Assembly (NCBI GenBank): GCA_040757035.1
Contig: JBFLYM010000003.1
Coordinates: 1,079 to 65,078 of the forward strand
Reading direction: 5' to 3'
From: Candidatus Micrarchaeota archaeon
GTDB lineage: Archaea > Micrarchaeota > Micrarchaeia > Anstonellales > Bilamarchaeaceae
Length of the DNA: 64,000 nt
Shown: one piece after another, positions 22,994-33,103 of the stretch
Layout of the letters: every line of letters starts with the position of its first letter
Position numbering within the stretch: position 1 is the stretch's first letter
Program-made: the position numbers and the translations under genes
Notes under the pieces: generated by a model
Database searches by the model: none
Told to the model about the DNA's origin: nothing
What the model saw: only the letters and a program-made list of their open reading frames with translations

Positions 22994-23865
22994 AACAACC
23001 CTCTCTTTTTTTCACTTATTTCTCCATTTTCCGCAAGTATATTAAGAGCAACGAGCGTTGGTTCGTGTTCAAAATTGATTGCCGCTGCGATTTCGTCAAT
23101 ATGCATTTCGGTTTTTTCCCCTATCATAACCGACTTTATTTTTTCGTAAGCTTGATGAACAAATTTATTGGTGGCGATATAAAATTTACCGTCAAATGCG
23201 CGCACGCCTTTTATATTTTGCGCGACTCCGATTCTTTTTAAATCAGATGAAAACTGTTCCGCATCGCGCGGATTTGAGAGAATGAGCCAACCATTTCTTA
23301 ACAATTCAGAATAGGTTGGTAGAACCGCTGTTGATGGTGTTGTTTGCGGCGCGCTTTTTTGCATATTTTTTTGTATTTGCGCGTCTTTAGTTTGTGGTTC
23401 ACCGTACGGCGTTACTGATGCATGCTCTTCCTCCTGATTTATAAGCGGATAGATATCATCCTTTATATTATACACTCCTGTTTTTTGATATTTTTTTCCA
23501 TAAAATATTTTGACAAATCCTTTTTTCAGAAGTTGGCGCACTACATTTTGTTTTTCCTGCGAAAATAATTTCTCTATTTTTAGAGGTGTGCGATCAGCGA
23601 ACCTTATTTTCAAAAGTTCGCGTAAAACAACTTTCTCTGGTTCTGACAATTTTTTTTCAGATTTTTCAAGTTTTTTCTCAACTAATTTTTCCTGATTTTT
23701 TTCCTGATTCTGGTTTTGTGCACTTTCAAGAATTTTTTTAAGCGGAGAACAAATAAACCAAAAATTATCTTTGAGTTGGAAAAGCTCTATTTCATCGATT
23801 GTGCTAAATTGTGCTGGCAATTCAAGATATACCTTTTCATTTTTTTTAATTAATTTTATGTTCAT
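22981..23865 (-). CDS. Hypothetical protein with probable winged-helix domains
   Basis: C-terminal HIDEIAAAINFE...LAENGEISEKKRGLF resembles a wHTH. Confidence 0.6.
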   Translation of the reverse strand: MNIKLIKKNEKVYLELPAQFSTIDEIELFQLKDNFWFICSPLKKILESAQNQNQEKNQEKLVEKKLEKSEKKLSEPEKVVLRELLKIRFADRTPLKIEKLFSQEKQNVVRQLLKKGFVKIFYGKKYQKTGVYNIKDDIYPLINQEEEHASVTPYGEPQTKDAQIQKNMQKSAPQTTPSTAVLPTYSELLRNGWLILSNPRDAEQFSSDLKRIGVAQNIKGVRAFDGKFYIATNKFVHQAYEKIKSVMIGEKTEMHIDEIAAAINFEHEPTLVALNILAENGEISEKKRGLFCLV

Positions 23866-23871
23866 GAGTTT

Positions 23872-24447
23872 CTATCCCTTTCTTTTCTCATCAAGAACAA
23901 TACCTTGGAACGCCTTTATGGTTACAGGCATTTTAGTCCATATGTTTTGAGGTAAACCTGCTTTTCTGCACAAATAACCTAGATAGGTTTTTTTATCCCA
24001 TTTTTCTTCTACTGGAACTTGAGGGAGAAGAAGCCCCCCATACATTCCATATTCTATAATAAGTCCATCACGACCTATTTCTATTTTTTTTAGCAATTCA
24101 TCAGGAGTGTTATAATTTATCTGCTCTGGAACAGTAAGAATTGTTATCTCTATTTCCAAATTATTTACTTCTTCTTTTTTTAATGGAGGAAATCTAAAAT
24201 CGTGAAATGCAGCATTTATTGCATTATCTGCAACCGCTTGTGCAATTGATTTTTCAGGAAGCGGATAGCCTATACAACCGCGAAGTTCCCCATTTGTTTT
24301 AAGAGTTACAAAAACTCCCATTTTTTTATTAAGTTTTTCCGGTACATTTACAGGATGATAGTACTTATCTTCGGTCAAAAAATACTGTACTATTGCTTTT
24401 CTAGCAAGCGAAAAAAGATAGTTCTTTTCGTATTCTGAAATTTCCAT
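23872..24447 (-). CDS. AMMECR1-domain protein (AmmeMemoRadiSam protein A)
   Basis: GVFVTL, LRGCIG, DFRFPP, GLLLPQV and LCRKAGL. Confidence 0.92.
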   Translation of the reverse strand: MEISEYEKNYLFSLARKAIVQYFLTEDKYYHPVNVPEKLNKKMGVFVTLKTNGELRGCIGYPLPEKSIAQAVADNAINAAFHDFRFPPLKKEEVNNLEIEITILTVPEQINYNTPDELLKKIEIGRDGLIIEYGMYGGLLLPQVPVEEKWDKKTYLGYLCRKAGLPQNIWTKMPVTIKAFQGIVLDEKRKG

Positions 24448-24497
24448 GAACAGATATAGATAAATAGATTATATAATTGTATTGTATTAATAATTTC

Positions 24498-24968
24498 ATG
24501 CTAAAATTTCTTCAAGCCCTTATTAGAATTGAAAAGCCTGCTACAGATCTAAGACAAGGAATATTTAATTCTATAAAAAATATAGCTCAGGGTGCGAATT
24601 TAAAAATTTCAGAAGAGCCAAACAAGCTCAAAATTATGAATAGTGAAAATGCGGTTGTTGTTATACAATTCGGCGGAAGAAGAGATTTTTACGAAATGAT
24701 GGAAGCATTAAACAGAGAATTAGCTGATTATAAAATAATAATCACAAGTTCAAATGTAAAAAGCATAAAAATAGGAGAAATAAAATGGATTCTCAATACT
24801 AGATATCAAACTAAGGATAAATGGCTTATAATTGATATTGAACATAAAGAGAACCCAAAAACAATTAATTTCATGCTTTACGAAATGAAGAATACAGGAC
24901 CAAATCAAAACGCTTCAAGAAGAAAAAAAATATATGGGACGCGTGGCGAGTACAAAAAACAGGATTAA
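24498..24968 (+). CDS. Hypothetical protein
   Basis: Open ORF divergent from the AMMECR1 gene; no motif recognised. Confidence 0.55.
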   Translation: MLKFLQALIRIEKPATDLRQGIFNSIKNIAQGANLKISEEPNKLKIMNSENAVVVIQFGGRRDFYEMMEALNRELADYKIIITSSNVKSIKIGEIKWILNTRYQTKDKWLIIDIEHKENPKTINFMLYEMKNTGPNQNASRRKKIYGTRGEYKKQD

Positions 24969-25004
24969 ATCGAGTTTTCATTTTATTTTTTCTTATTTGG
25001 TAAG

Positions 25005-25685
25005 TTATTTGACAACCGTTCCTGAATGCGCCTTTCCTTCAATCGCTTTTTTTACTTCATTTAAATTTTTTCCATTTATAAAATGCGCTTCTATCTTAGC
25101 GCGCGCAATTATTTTACATGCAAGTATATCAAAAACAAAGTTTGTACCTGCTTTTCTTGCGTCGTTTTTCGTTGCGAGCGCAATGAGTTCATCATAATTT
25201 AATTTTGAGTATTTTTTCGCATTCGCGTTTGCCTTTGGGTTACAATTATAAATTCCATCCACATTGCTTAAATTTATAAGTTTTTTCGCTCCGAGCGCAT
25301 CTGCCAAAAGCGCAGCGTCAGAATCTGTGGTTATTCCAGGAATCGTTCCACCCATCACTATTATCCTATATTTAGTTGCGGCTTCTTTTGCTTTGTTAAA
25401 ATCCGAAAATATAGTTGGACATGCTTCGCCCTTTAGCGCCAACGCAATAAGCACTGCATTTTGAAGCGTGCTTATTATTGCTATTTCATCAGCTTCAAAT
25501 TCGTTTGCGCCTAATTCGCGTGCGACTTGTGCATATGCTCTCGCACTTTTTCCCCCGCCAGTAACTATTGCAAACTTATTTTTACTATCCTTGATAAGTT
25601 TGGAGAATTTTTTTATAAATTCTACATTAGGACTGCCTCTTGAGTTTATTATTCCGCCTCCAAGTGAAATAACTATCCAATTCAT
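25005..25685 (-). CDS. pyrH: UMP kinase (archaeal type)
   Basis: SLGG, VTGGG..AR.Y, GGTIPGITTD and NVDGIY. Confidence 0.93.
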   Translation of the reverse strand: MNWIVISLGGGIINSRGSPNVEFIKKFSKLIKDSKNKFAIVTGGGKSARAYAQVARELGANEFEADEIAIISTLQNAVLIALALKGEACPTIFSDFNKAKEAATKYRIIVMGGTIPGITTDSDAALLADALGAKKLINLSNVDGIYNCNPKANANAKKYSKLNYDELIALATKNDARKAGTNFVFDILACKIIARAKIEAHFINGKNLNEVKKAIEGKAHSGTVVK

Positions 25686-25836
25686 ACTATCAACAATTCA
25701 TACTACCAATTTATACTATCAACAAAACCAATTATAATACCTTCATAATTTAAATTTTACTTTCATAATTTATTTTACCTTTATAATTTAAATTCTTAAT
25801 TCTTATAGAATATAAATATCATGTATCTCGGATCAG

Positions 25837-26406
25837 ATGTTTGGTGATAACATGCTCAATATAAAAGAAATAGAAGAAAACTTGATTAAAAAAGAGGCGA
25901 TATTAGACGAACTCATAAAAAAAAATAGAGAAATTGTGCGCATTACAGCAAATTCTATAAAAGAGATGCATGCAGGAAACATTGACAACGCAAAGATTCT
26001 TCTTGAAAACGCAGAAGCCCAAATCAAAATACTTTCAGAGAAAGCACAGAACCATGATATGGGTATAAATCACAATATTAATCATATAATGCAGGAATAT
26101 GCAGAAGCGAAATTACTTTTTTTCGCAATAGAAAAAAAAGAACTCCCGAGCAGCACAGAGCTTGGCATAACCCCGGAAGCATACCTAAATGCGCTCTTGG
26201 ATTCAATAGGCGAGTTCAAGCGTGAAATGTATGAATCGCTCAGGAAAGGAAAGAAAGAAGATGCGTTATATTATTTTGAATTAATGGAAATTGTATACAA
26301 TGAACTTCTTCCGTTTAAGTTTTCCAATGCTCTGCTGCCAGATTTCCGCAGAAAGCAGGATGTAGCAAGAATACAAATAGAACAAGCACGCGGAGAATTA
26401 TTGTAA
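25837..26406 (+). CDS. Translin/TRAX-family protein
   Basis: QEYAEA, YL..LLDSIGEFKRE and FRRKQDVAR. Confidence 0.85.
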   Translation: MFGDNMLNIKEIEENLIKKEAILDELIKKNREIVRITANSIKEMHAGNIDNAKILLENAEAQIKILSEKAQNHDMGINHNINHIMQEYAEAKLLFFAIEKKELPSSTELGITPEAYLNALLDSIGEFKREMYESLRKGKKEDALYYFELMEIVYNELLPFKFSNALLPDFRRKQDVARIQIEQARGELL

Positions 26407-26427
26407 CAAGATATCATTCTTCTGAGC

Positions 26428-26485
26428 TAAATGCTCATAGGAGTGAGTATTTTTTGTAATAAATGCTCATTGCGATGAGTATTTA
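26428..26485. promoter_or_regulatory. Tandem pair of imperfect palindromes (putative operators)
   Basis: AAATGCTCA-N6-TGAGTATTT at 26429 and again at 26461 (32-bp period), ending about 25 bp before the ATPase start. Confidence 0.6.
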
Positions 26486-26509
26486 TTCTTGTTGGTCAAT
26501 ATTTAAGAT

Positions 26510-27694
26510 ATGACAGCTATTTCAATCCTTAAGGACCTTATAAGGGAGTATTCTGAAGAAATAGACAAAGCCTCAATCAAAAGCAGATGTGCGATGAATG
26601 AAGCTGAAAAGACCATGGTACTTGAAGAGGTGACTGTTCTCGTTGGCGTGCGTCGGAGTGGAAAGACCTTTATAATGTATGACCTTTCAAGGAAATGGCC
26701 TGGCCCATATCTGAACTTTGAAGACGAACGACTAGCAGACTTTGAGAGTGGGGATTTTGAGAAACTGCTTCAGATAGCTAAAGAAGAGAATTCCAAGGCC
26801 ATCTATCTAGACGAAATACAGAATGTCGCCAATTGGGAGAAATTCGCGCACAGAATCCACAGGCAAATCAAACTTGTAGTGTCAGGCTCAAATTCGTCTC
26901 TGTTGGCAGGTGACTATGCAACCGCACTAACAGGAAGGACTAGAACTGTTAATGTGTATCCCTTAAACTTCAAGGAATTCCTGCACTTCAAAGACGCTAC
27001 GCCGAACAGAGAATCTTTTGAGAAGTATCTTAGCTTAGGAGGTTTTCCAAGGGTAGTACTAACAGAAGAAAAGGAACTTGTAAAGGAATACTTTGAAGCA
27101 ATAATTAATCGCGACATAATTGCAAGAAATGCGCCAAAATATCCAGAAGCGCTGCGCAAGATCGCAATATATTTGCTTTCAAATGCAGGCAAACCATTTA
27201 CTTATCGGAGCATAGGTAGCGCGGTCAATCTGAAACACGAGATGACAACAAGGGAATATATCAGTTATATGAAACAAGCGTATCTCCTGGAATACCTCAC
27301 AAGATACGATCCCTCCCTAAAAAAACAGGAATCCTTTGAAAAGAAAGCCTATGGCGTGGATCATTCACTTGCGTATGTAGGTATGCGGTTGGATGATGAT
27401 CGAGGTAGGGTTTTTGAGAATGCCATGCTTTCGAATTTGAGGCAGCAGGGTACTATATTTTTTGCCAGAAATAGCGGTGAGACGGATTTTCTGATTACAG
27501 ATTCGCTAAAGCCAAAATGGGCGCTCAATGTATGCTATGAATTGTGTGGCGAACGCGAGGAACGTGAATTAGTCCCGCTTCGCGCATGGAAGGAGAAAAA
27601 CGTAAGAGCTACACTGGTTGTGGTATATCCTATGGCGAAGCAGCCTGAAGACATAGAGTTTCGTCTGGCGCATGAATTCCTTGCCTTGCTTTGA
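26510..27694 (+). CDS. AAA_14 ATPase with DUF4143 C-terminal domain
   Basis: GVRRSGKT, LDEIQ, SGS, LTGR, GGFP, GRVFEN and ETDF. Confidence 0.92.
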   Translation: MTAISILKDLIREYSEEIDKASIKSRCAMNEAEKTMVLEEVTVLVGVRRSGKTFIMYDLSRKWPGPYLNFEDERLADFESGDFEKLLQIAKEENSKAIYLDEIQNVANWEKFAHRIHRQIKLVVSGSNSSLLAGDYATALTGRTRTVNVYPLNFKEFLHFKDATPNRESFEKYLSLGGFPRVVLTEEKELVKEYFEAIINRDIIARNAPKYPEALRKIAIYLLSNAGKPFTYRSIGSAVNLKHEMTTREYISYMKQAYLLEYLTRYDPSLKKQESFEKKAYGVDHSLAYVGMRLDDDRGRVFENAMLSNLRQQGTIFFARNSGETDFLITDSLKPKWALNVCYELCGEREERELVPLRAWKEKNVRATLVVVYPMAKQPEDIEFRLAHEFLALL

Positions 27695-27727
27695 CTTCTG
27701 GATGAAAAGGTTAAAAACTGATGTTTT

Positions 27728-28843
27728 TTAGTGGATCGGTATAATTGCAAAAGTCAGATCTTCAATGGTTGCATTAGTCTTTATACTTTTCTCGCAAAAA
27801 TGAGTTCGTGAAGCTTTAAATCCCTTCTTCTTTAGTTTCGCAATAAGTTCATTAATTTTTGGAACTCTTGGGTATTTTTTTCTTTTGCAGATATTGTTTA
27901 GATTAAAATAAAACAACGGCATGCCGACTTCTCCAATAAGCAAATTCAATGTTTTTTCTAGTTCAATTTTATCAGAATAATTCCGTTCTGCGTTTATTTT
28001 TTTCATTTTTACCAAAAATTTTTTTTCATGGAGTTCGCCGAGCCAAAGAGGGCCTGCATAATCCATATTTTTTTTACAATTTGCGCAAACTCTATTTGGA
28101 AACTTTGCTGTTTCTCTGTAACCGCAATGAAAACAAAAAGAAACATAGCCGACTAAGTCTGGAATTTCAGATGCTTTTTGGGCAGAGCGCGAAATCTTCA
28201 GCAAAACTTTAATGTAGTGCCTGTCTGAAAGCGAATAAAGCGGCATAATACCGAAATCAAATTGAGAGGCAAAATCGCTTATTTTTTTAAGCAAAATTCT
28301 TGTTCCGGTTTCATGCGTAAATTCATTTCTTAAATTTTTTGCCCCATATTTTTTCCTACATGCGCGAGCGTTCTCTCCACAAAGCACAGCAACATCTGTA
28401 GCGCAGATCGAAAGGTAGCCGCTTTTTCTCTTTCTGAATGAATAAAACGCGTTATTCAAATAAGGGACAGGGGACCCAAAAGGATCAATTTCTACAAGAT
28501 CAAATTCATTCTTTAATTCATTTTTTATTACAAATTCATTAAAATCAAAATTATAAACTTCAGCGGTGTTAATATTTTCAAGTTTGTTATATCTGATGTT
28601 CTTTTTGATTATTTTTGGTGCGATTTTCCATATATCCAAAAAGGTTATTTTTTTTATGTTTTTGTTTTCCGTTGCGTATCGCAGTCCTCTGATTCCTGAA
28701 GCTGCAAATCCGTCCAAAACACAAATATCTTTTTCTATTGCGCCGAGCGAAAGCGAACCGAAACTCCGGTTAAATCTCATTTCAGGATTGTAAAAAAGTT
28801 TATCGGTTTCAAATTTTATTTTTTCTTCTAACATTTTACTCAC
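27728..28843 (-). CDS. trm1: tRNA (guanine26-N2)-dimethyltransferase
   Basis: FYNPEMRFNR, ASGIRGLRY, IDPFGSP, ATD and GPLWLG. Confidence 0.93.
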   Translation of the reverse strand: MSKMLEEKIKFETDKLFYNPEMRFNRSFGSLSLGAIEKDICVLDGFAASGIRGLRYATENKNIKKITFLDIWKIAPKIIKKNIRYNKLENINTAEVYNFDFNEFVIKNELKNEFDLVEIDPFGSPVPYLNNAFYSFRKRKSGYLSICATDVAVLCGENARACRKKYGAKNLRNEFTHETGTRILLKKISDFASQFDFGIMPLYSLSDRHYIKVLLKISRSAQKASEIPDLVGYVSFCFHCGYRETAKFPNRVCANCKKNMDYAGPLWLGELHEKKFLVKMKKINAERNYSDKIELEKTLNLLIGEVGMPLFYFNLNNICKRKKYPRVPKINELIAKLKKKGFKASRTHFCEKSIKTNATIEDLTFAIIPIH

Positions 28844-30065
28844 ACCGTATTGGTTTAAGATTAACGAACTCCCTTAACGCGGAAGTTGCGTAGCTTCCTG
28901 AAGGCAGAGAGAACCTGAAAACATCTTCTTTGAAACAAAAATCTTTAAGCGGTGCAAGAAGCGTGCGATAGGTTCCTTTTGAATTAATTTCTGGCAAGGC
29001 CTTTATTCTAAAATCTGTTTTTCTTATGTTAAAACGCTCAAGAATTCCGCTCTCGCGTTCGTTTAATTCGCTCTGATACCCTATGATCTTGCCAGCAATC
29101 CATTTATTATCTATGTTTTTCACAGTCTTTTTTTCCAAATCCGGAAATCCGAATTTCTCACCGCAATAATATTCCCCTTCTTCAAGTTTTAGTTTGTCGA
29201 TTTTTGATTCGCCTTCGCAAAGCCGCTCAGAAAGCATGATGTTGAATATATAAGACTGGAACGCATGAACAAATAAAAGTAAGATTTGCCTTGGAAGTTT
29301 TCTGAGCGCGCCGCCATAATCATTCGGATATTTGGCGAGATGCAACAACATTAATCGTTCCAATTTCAGATGTTTCGGAAAATAAGCGAGCGCTTTTTTG
29401 TAATCGCGTTCCTCGCAAAGTTGTTTTCTTGCTTCGATTGCGTACGCATTTGTTTCATTGGTATAATCCATTAAGTACATTTCAACCGCGCTTCTTAATT
29501 CGCTTCTTAACACCGCTTCTCCTATTTTATGAGTGTTCTCTCTAGTTCCGCCAAAGCGCTGCGGTCCGAAATAATTTGGAAATTTTCCATTGAGTTCCGA
29601 GAACGCTTCGCTTATTTTTTTTTCGTTGATTTTTTCCGAAATTTTTATTTTGAATCTATTTCCTAATAGCGTTCCTAATTCTACTTTTTTCTTGGAATTC
29701 CAAGCGCCGAGTATTTTCATTCCGCTTATTTTTAAATCGACGATGCTTTCTTTTTTTATTCCAAATGCTGACATAAGTTGAGTTGTAATTGCGCGCTTAT
29801 CTTTTGTGCCGGCATAATTTATCCGCTTTGGAGATATGTGCAGGCAAGAAGCGATTTTTCGCGTTGCATCCGTAGTGCTCCAATTCTCTTTTTGCAAAAC
29901 AAAATGTACGAATTGACTTCCGTTATTCGCGCGTTTGATTTGTTTATTGCATTCCAAAATAGTTCCATCTTCCATTATTTCTTCAACTATAAAATCGGAC
30001 ACCTCTTGTTTTATTGCGCAATCTATTTGCTTAGGTTTTGAGGAGAGATAATTTAGCATAAACAT
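28836..30065 (-). CDS. truD: tRNA pseudouridine(13) synthase
   Basis: DFIVEE, AGTKDKRAITTQ, GNRF, PNYFGPQRFG and FSLPSGSYAT. Confidence 0.95.
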   Translation of the reverse strand: MFMLNYLSSKPKQIDCAIKQEVSDFIVEEIMEDGTILECNKQIKRANNGSQFVHFVLQKENWSTTDATRKIASCLHISPKRINYAGTKDKRAITTQLMSAFGIKKESIVDLKISGMKILGAWNSKKKVELGTLLGNRFKIKISEKINEKKISEAFSELNGKFPNYFGPQRFGGTRENTHKIGEAVLRSELRSAVEMYLMDYTNETNAYAIEARKQLCEERDYKKALAYFPKHLKLERLMLLHLAKYPNDYGGALRKLPRQILLLFVHAFQSYIFNIMLSERLCEGESKIDKLKLEEGEYYCGEKFGFPDLEKKTVKNIDNKWIAGKIIGYQSELNERESGILERFNIRKTDFRIKALPEINSKGTYRTLLAPLKDFCFKEDVFRFSLPSGSYATSALREFVNLKPIRCE

Positions 30066-31502
30066 TCAACATTCGCCAAACAGCGTCCCATTTTCTGCGC
30101 ACACTATTTTTACCGTAACAATTTTTCCCAGCAATTTTTTATTTCCGCGAACTACAACTTGCCGATAATTCTGCATTCTTCCTTTCATCTGATTCCGCAA
30201 TCCTACTTCGGTTATAAGGACCGGAACCTTCCTTCCAACAAATTTTTCCGCGTTCTTGTAAACGATTTGTTTTGCGAGTTTGGCCATTTCGCTTGTTCTT
30301 TTTTTCGCAATTCTACTTTCAATCTGCGCAAGATTTTCCGCTTCTGTTCCGTGACGGGGCGTAAACCGAGAGATATTAATGACATCTGGTTTTACGCGCA
30401 AAATCATTTCTGAAGTAAGTTCGTAATCCTCTTCGCTCTCGGTTGGATAGGCCGTTATAATGTCAGTTGCGATTGAAATATCTGGAATGTTTTCGCGAAA
30501 TTCAGCAACACAATGTTCAAAATCCTTAACACTATGAGTTCTTTTCATTTCTTTGCATATCTTCTCGCTTCCGGTTTGCACCGGCATATGCAAAAATTTG
30601 TACATCTTTTCATCGTTAAACAGTTTTATCAGTTCAATGCACATTGCTTTCACGTGATTTGGATTTGTCATTCCGAGTCTTAGTTTGAAAGGACTTTTTA
30701 TCCTTACGATATCTTTAAGAAGCGAAATTAGGTTCGTTTTGATATCAATTCCATACGCACCACTATCCATTCCAGTGAGTTGGATTTCTTTTGTACTTTT
30801 TCTCTGTTGTTTATTTTGCCCGCATTGTACGGCAAGCTCAATCAATCTGACGATTTCTTTTTTTGGATAGCTCATTAGAAATGGTCTCGCAAATTTGGTT
30901 TGACAGAACGTACATTTACCTACACATCCTTCTTGTATCGGAATTCGGATTATGGGAAAAGTAAAAATTCGCGGGAGAGAAAATTTTTGTTTGTACTCCT
31001 TAAAGAATACACCTTTCTGCCAGCCTTCCTGCTCGTCCTTCCGCTCGCTTTCTTGTTCGCCTTTGCACTCACCCTCCTGCTTGCTATTCTGCTCAGACAG
31101 CGCGCTCTCTCTACTCTGCCCATATTGTTCGGTTAATGCAAGTTTTACTGCATCTCCAATTCTGTTTATTGCTCCAGGTCCAACAACAGGCGCGCGCTGA
31201 GCGATTTTTCTAATTTTATCTATATTCGCAGAAAGACAGCCAGCAATAATTATATTCTTGCCCAATTTCTTCAATCGTTTGATTTCCTCAAAAATTTTGT
31301 TTTCTGTTGCGCCCTTTACAGTACATGTATTAAGTACAATTGCATGCGCATTTTTTTCGCTCGATACCAATTTGTAGCCATTATTTTTCAAAAGCGCGCG
31401 CATTATATCGCTGTCGCTTTGGTTGAGCGTGCATCCCCAAGTGCGAATGAATATCTTATATTTAGACTTAGATTCAAGCTTAGATTTGTTATATTCGAAC
31501 AT
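30066..31502 (-). CDS. tRNA methylthiotransferase (archaeal MtaB/CDKAL1-like radical SAM)
   Basis: TWGCTLNQSD, NTCTV, AGC, CxxxCxxC and a C-terminal TRAM domain. Confidence 0.9.
   Translation of the reverse strand: MFEYNKSKLESKSKYKIFIRTWGCTLNQSDSDIMRALLKNNGYKLVSSEKNAHAIVLNTCTVKGATENKIFEEIKRLKKLGKNIIIAGCLSANIDKIRKIAQRAPVVGPGAINRIGDAVKLALTEQYGQSRESALSEQNSKQEGECKGEQESERKDEQEGWQKGVFFKEYKQKFSLPRIFTFPIIRIPIQEGCVGKCTFCQTKFARPFLMSYPKKEIVRLIELAVQCGQNKQQRKSTKEIQLTGMDSGAYGIDIKTNLISLLKDIVRIKSPFKLRLGMTNPNHVKAMCIELIKLFNDEKMYKFLHMPVQTGSEKICKEMKRTHSVKDFEHCVAEFRENIPDISIATDIITAYPTESEEDYELTSEMILRVKPDVINISRFTPRHGTEAENLAQIESRIAKKRTSEMAKLAKQIVYKNAEKFVGRKVPVLITEVGLRNQMKGRMQNYRQVVVRGNKKLLGKIVTVKIVCAENGTLFGEC
31011..31094 (-). 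repeat. Seven degenerate 12-bp in-frame units in the methylthiotransferase linker
   Basis: gagcagaatagc / aagcaggagggt / gagtgcaaaggc / gaacaagaaagc / gagcggaaggac / gagcaggaaggc / tggcagaaaggt. Confidence 0.65.
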
Positions 31503-31607
31503 GTTTGTTATACTCAGACTTAGATTTGTTGTATTCCATATTTGTTGCGGACATATTTGTTGTATTCTGATTGTTGTATTCTGATATTTTATTATACCCG
31601 GCCTAAA

Positions 31608-33008
31608 TTATTTGTTCTTCGTAATTATTTCAAGAGTTTCGTGTTTTTTGCTTACGTTTCCGAGTTTCATTCCAATCATAAGCGTAACTCCTTTTTGCAT
31701 TGCAACGTCCACTAATCTTTGAGTGATTATTCCGTCAAAAATTATAGTTTTGACTCCTTCAGTTTCTGTTATAGACCTAAGCACATCTCTTACAGGAACC
31801 TCTTTTATAAGTGTGCCATCCTCAGAATAAAACCTTGCTTTAAGAGTGTTGTTGAGTTCGTTGAGTTCAAGCATAAGTTCATCTTTGCTCTTTTTTATAT
31901 CTAGTTTCAAAGTTTTGTGTTGCGAAGCAATCTGATGGCCAAGGTCTATGATTTGATCAACACGTTCATCAATCACATGCTTTATAGATTGTACGGAAGA
32001 TGTTTTTGACTCGGGTTTCAATTCAGATTTTGATTCAGATTTCAATGATTCGGCTTCTTTTCTTATCTGAGGAAGTGTTTTTTGCGCATATTCTTCCAAT
32101 TGTTCATTATAAGTGGCTATTTGCTGTCCTATTACACTCATTTTCGGAGTTTGATATGGTATCGCAAATGGTTTTGCTTTAACATCTTCAATCTGTTCAA
32201 AAGGAATCTTGCTTCTAAGTAGTTTTATTATTTCTTTTCGAGTAAGTTCTTCTACTTCTTTCCCGGCAGGCGCGCGCGCAACGAAATCAATTTCAACTCC
32301 TCCATGTATGAGCGCGTTCAGAATTATATCCCCACCACGATCGCCATCTAAAAACGCTATAACTTCTTTTTCGCGGGAAAGTTCAACTATTGTTTTAGGA
32401 ACTTTTGCTCCGCCGATTGAGATCACATTTGTGAAGTCGTTTTTAATCATATTTATTACGTCTGCTCTTCCTTCCACCAAAATTATTTCATTTAACTTAT
32501 TTATAAGAGGACCAGAACAAAGTTTATCCGGGCCATATTCTATAACCTCGGCAATTTTGACTTGTTCGCGTACCAAATCGCCTATTTCTTTGCTTTCAGG
32601 AATCTCGGTGTTAAGCATATTTTTAAGTAGAACCTTCGCGCGATCTACGAGTATTTTTCTTTTTTGATTCCGCGTATCTTCGATTTTCTGCACTCTCATT
32701 TTTCCTTCGCACGGTCCAACTCTGTCAACCGCTTCAAGCGAAGCAGCAATTATTGAAGTTTCCACCATGTCTAAACTACTTGGTATTTTGATTATGCCAA
32801 ATGTTTTTCCATTTTTTATATTAAGATCAACTTCGATTCTCCCTATTCTACCATTCTTTTGCAAATCTCGTAAATCTAAATCATCACCAAGAAGCCCTTC
32901 TGTTTGTCCAAATATTGCTCCAACTACATCTGGCTTATCCACAAGACCATCTATTTCAATCTCTGTATATATAAGATATTTCACTGTGTCAATGTATGTT
33001 TTTCCCAT
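31608..33008 (-). CDS. dnaG: Archaeal DnaG (exosome-associated, TOPRIM domain)
   Basis: DVVGAIFGQTEGLLG, VEGRADV, DGDRGG and FDGIITQRL. Confidence 0.95.
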   Translation of the reverse strand: MGKTYIDTVKYLIYTEIEIDGLVDKPDVVGAIFGQTEGLLGDDLDLRDLQKNGRIGRIEVDLNIKNGKTFGIIKIPSSLDMVETSIIAASLEAVDRVGPCEGKMRVQKIEDTRNQKRKILVDRAKVLLKNMLNTEIPESKEIGDLVREQVKIAEVIEYGPDKLCSGPLINKLNEIILVEGRADVINMIKNDFTNVISIGGAKVPKTIVELSREKEVIAFLDGDRGGDIILNALIHGGVEIDFVARAPAGKEVEELTRKEIIKLLRSKIPFEQIEDVKAKPFAIPYQTPKMSVIGQQIATYNEQLEEYAQKTLPQIRKEAESLKSESKSELKPESKTSSVQSIKHVIDERVDQIIDLGHQIASQHKTLKLDIKKSKDELMLELNELNNTLKARFYSEDGTLIKEVPVRDVLRSITETEGVKTIIFDGIITQRLVDVAMQKGVTLMIGMKLGNVSKKHETLEIITKNK

Positions 33009-33103
33009 ATTTATCTCCCTTTTTTTGTTTTTTATGCGATTATTACAATTCTTAGTTTGATTTTAGTTTGATTGGGGTAGTGTCAGAAAAATTAGTAGGA
33101 AAA

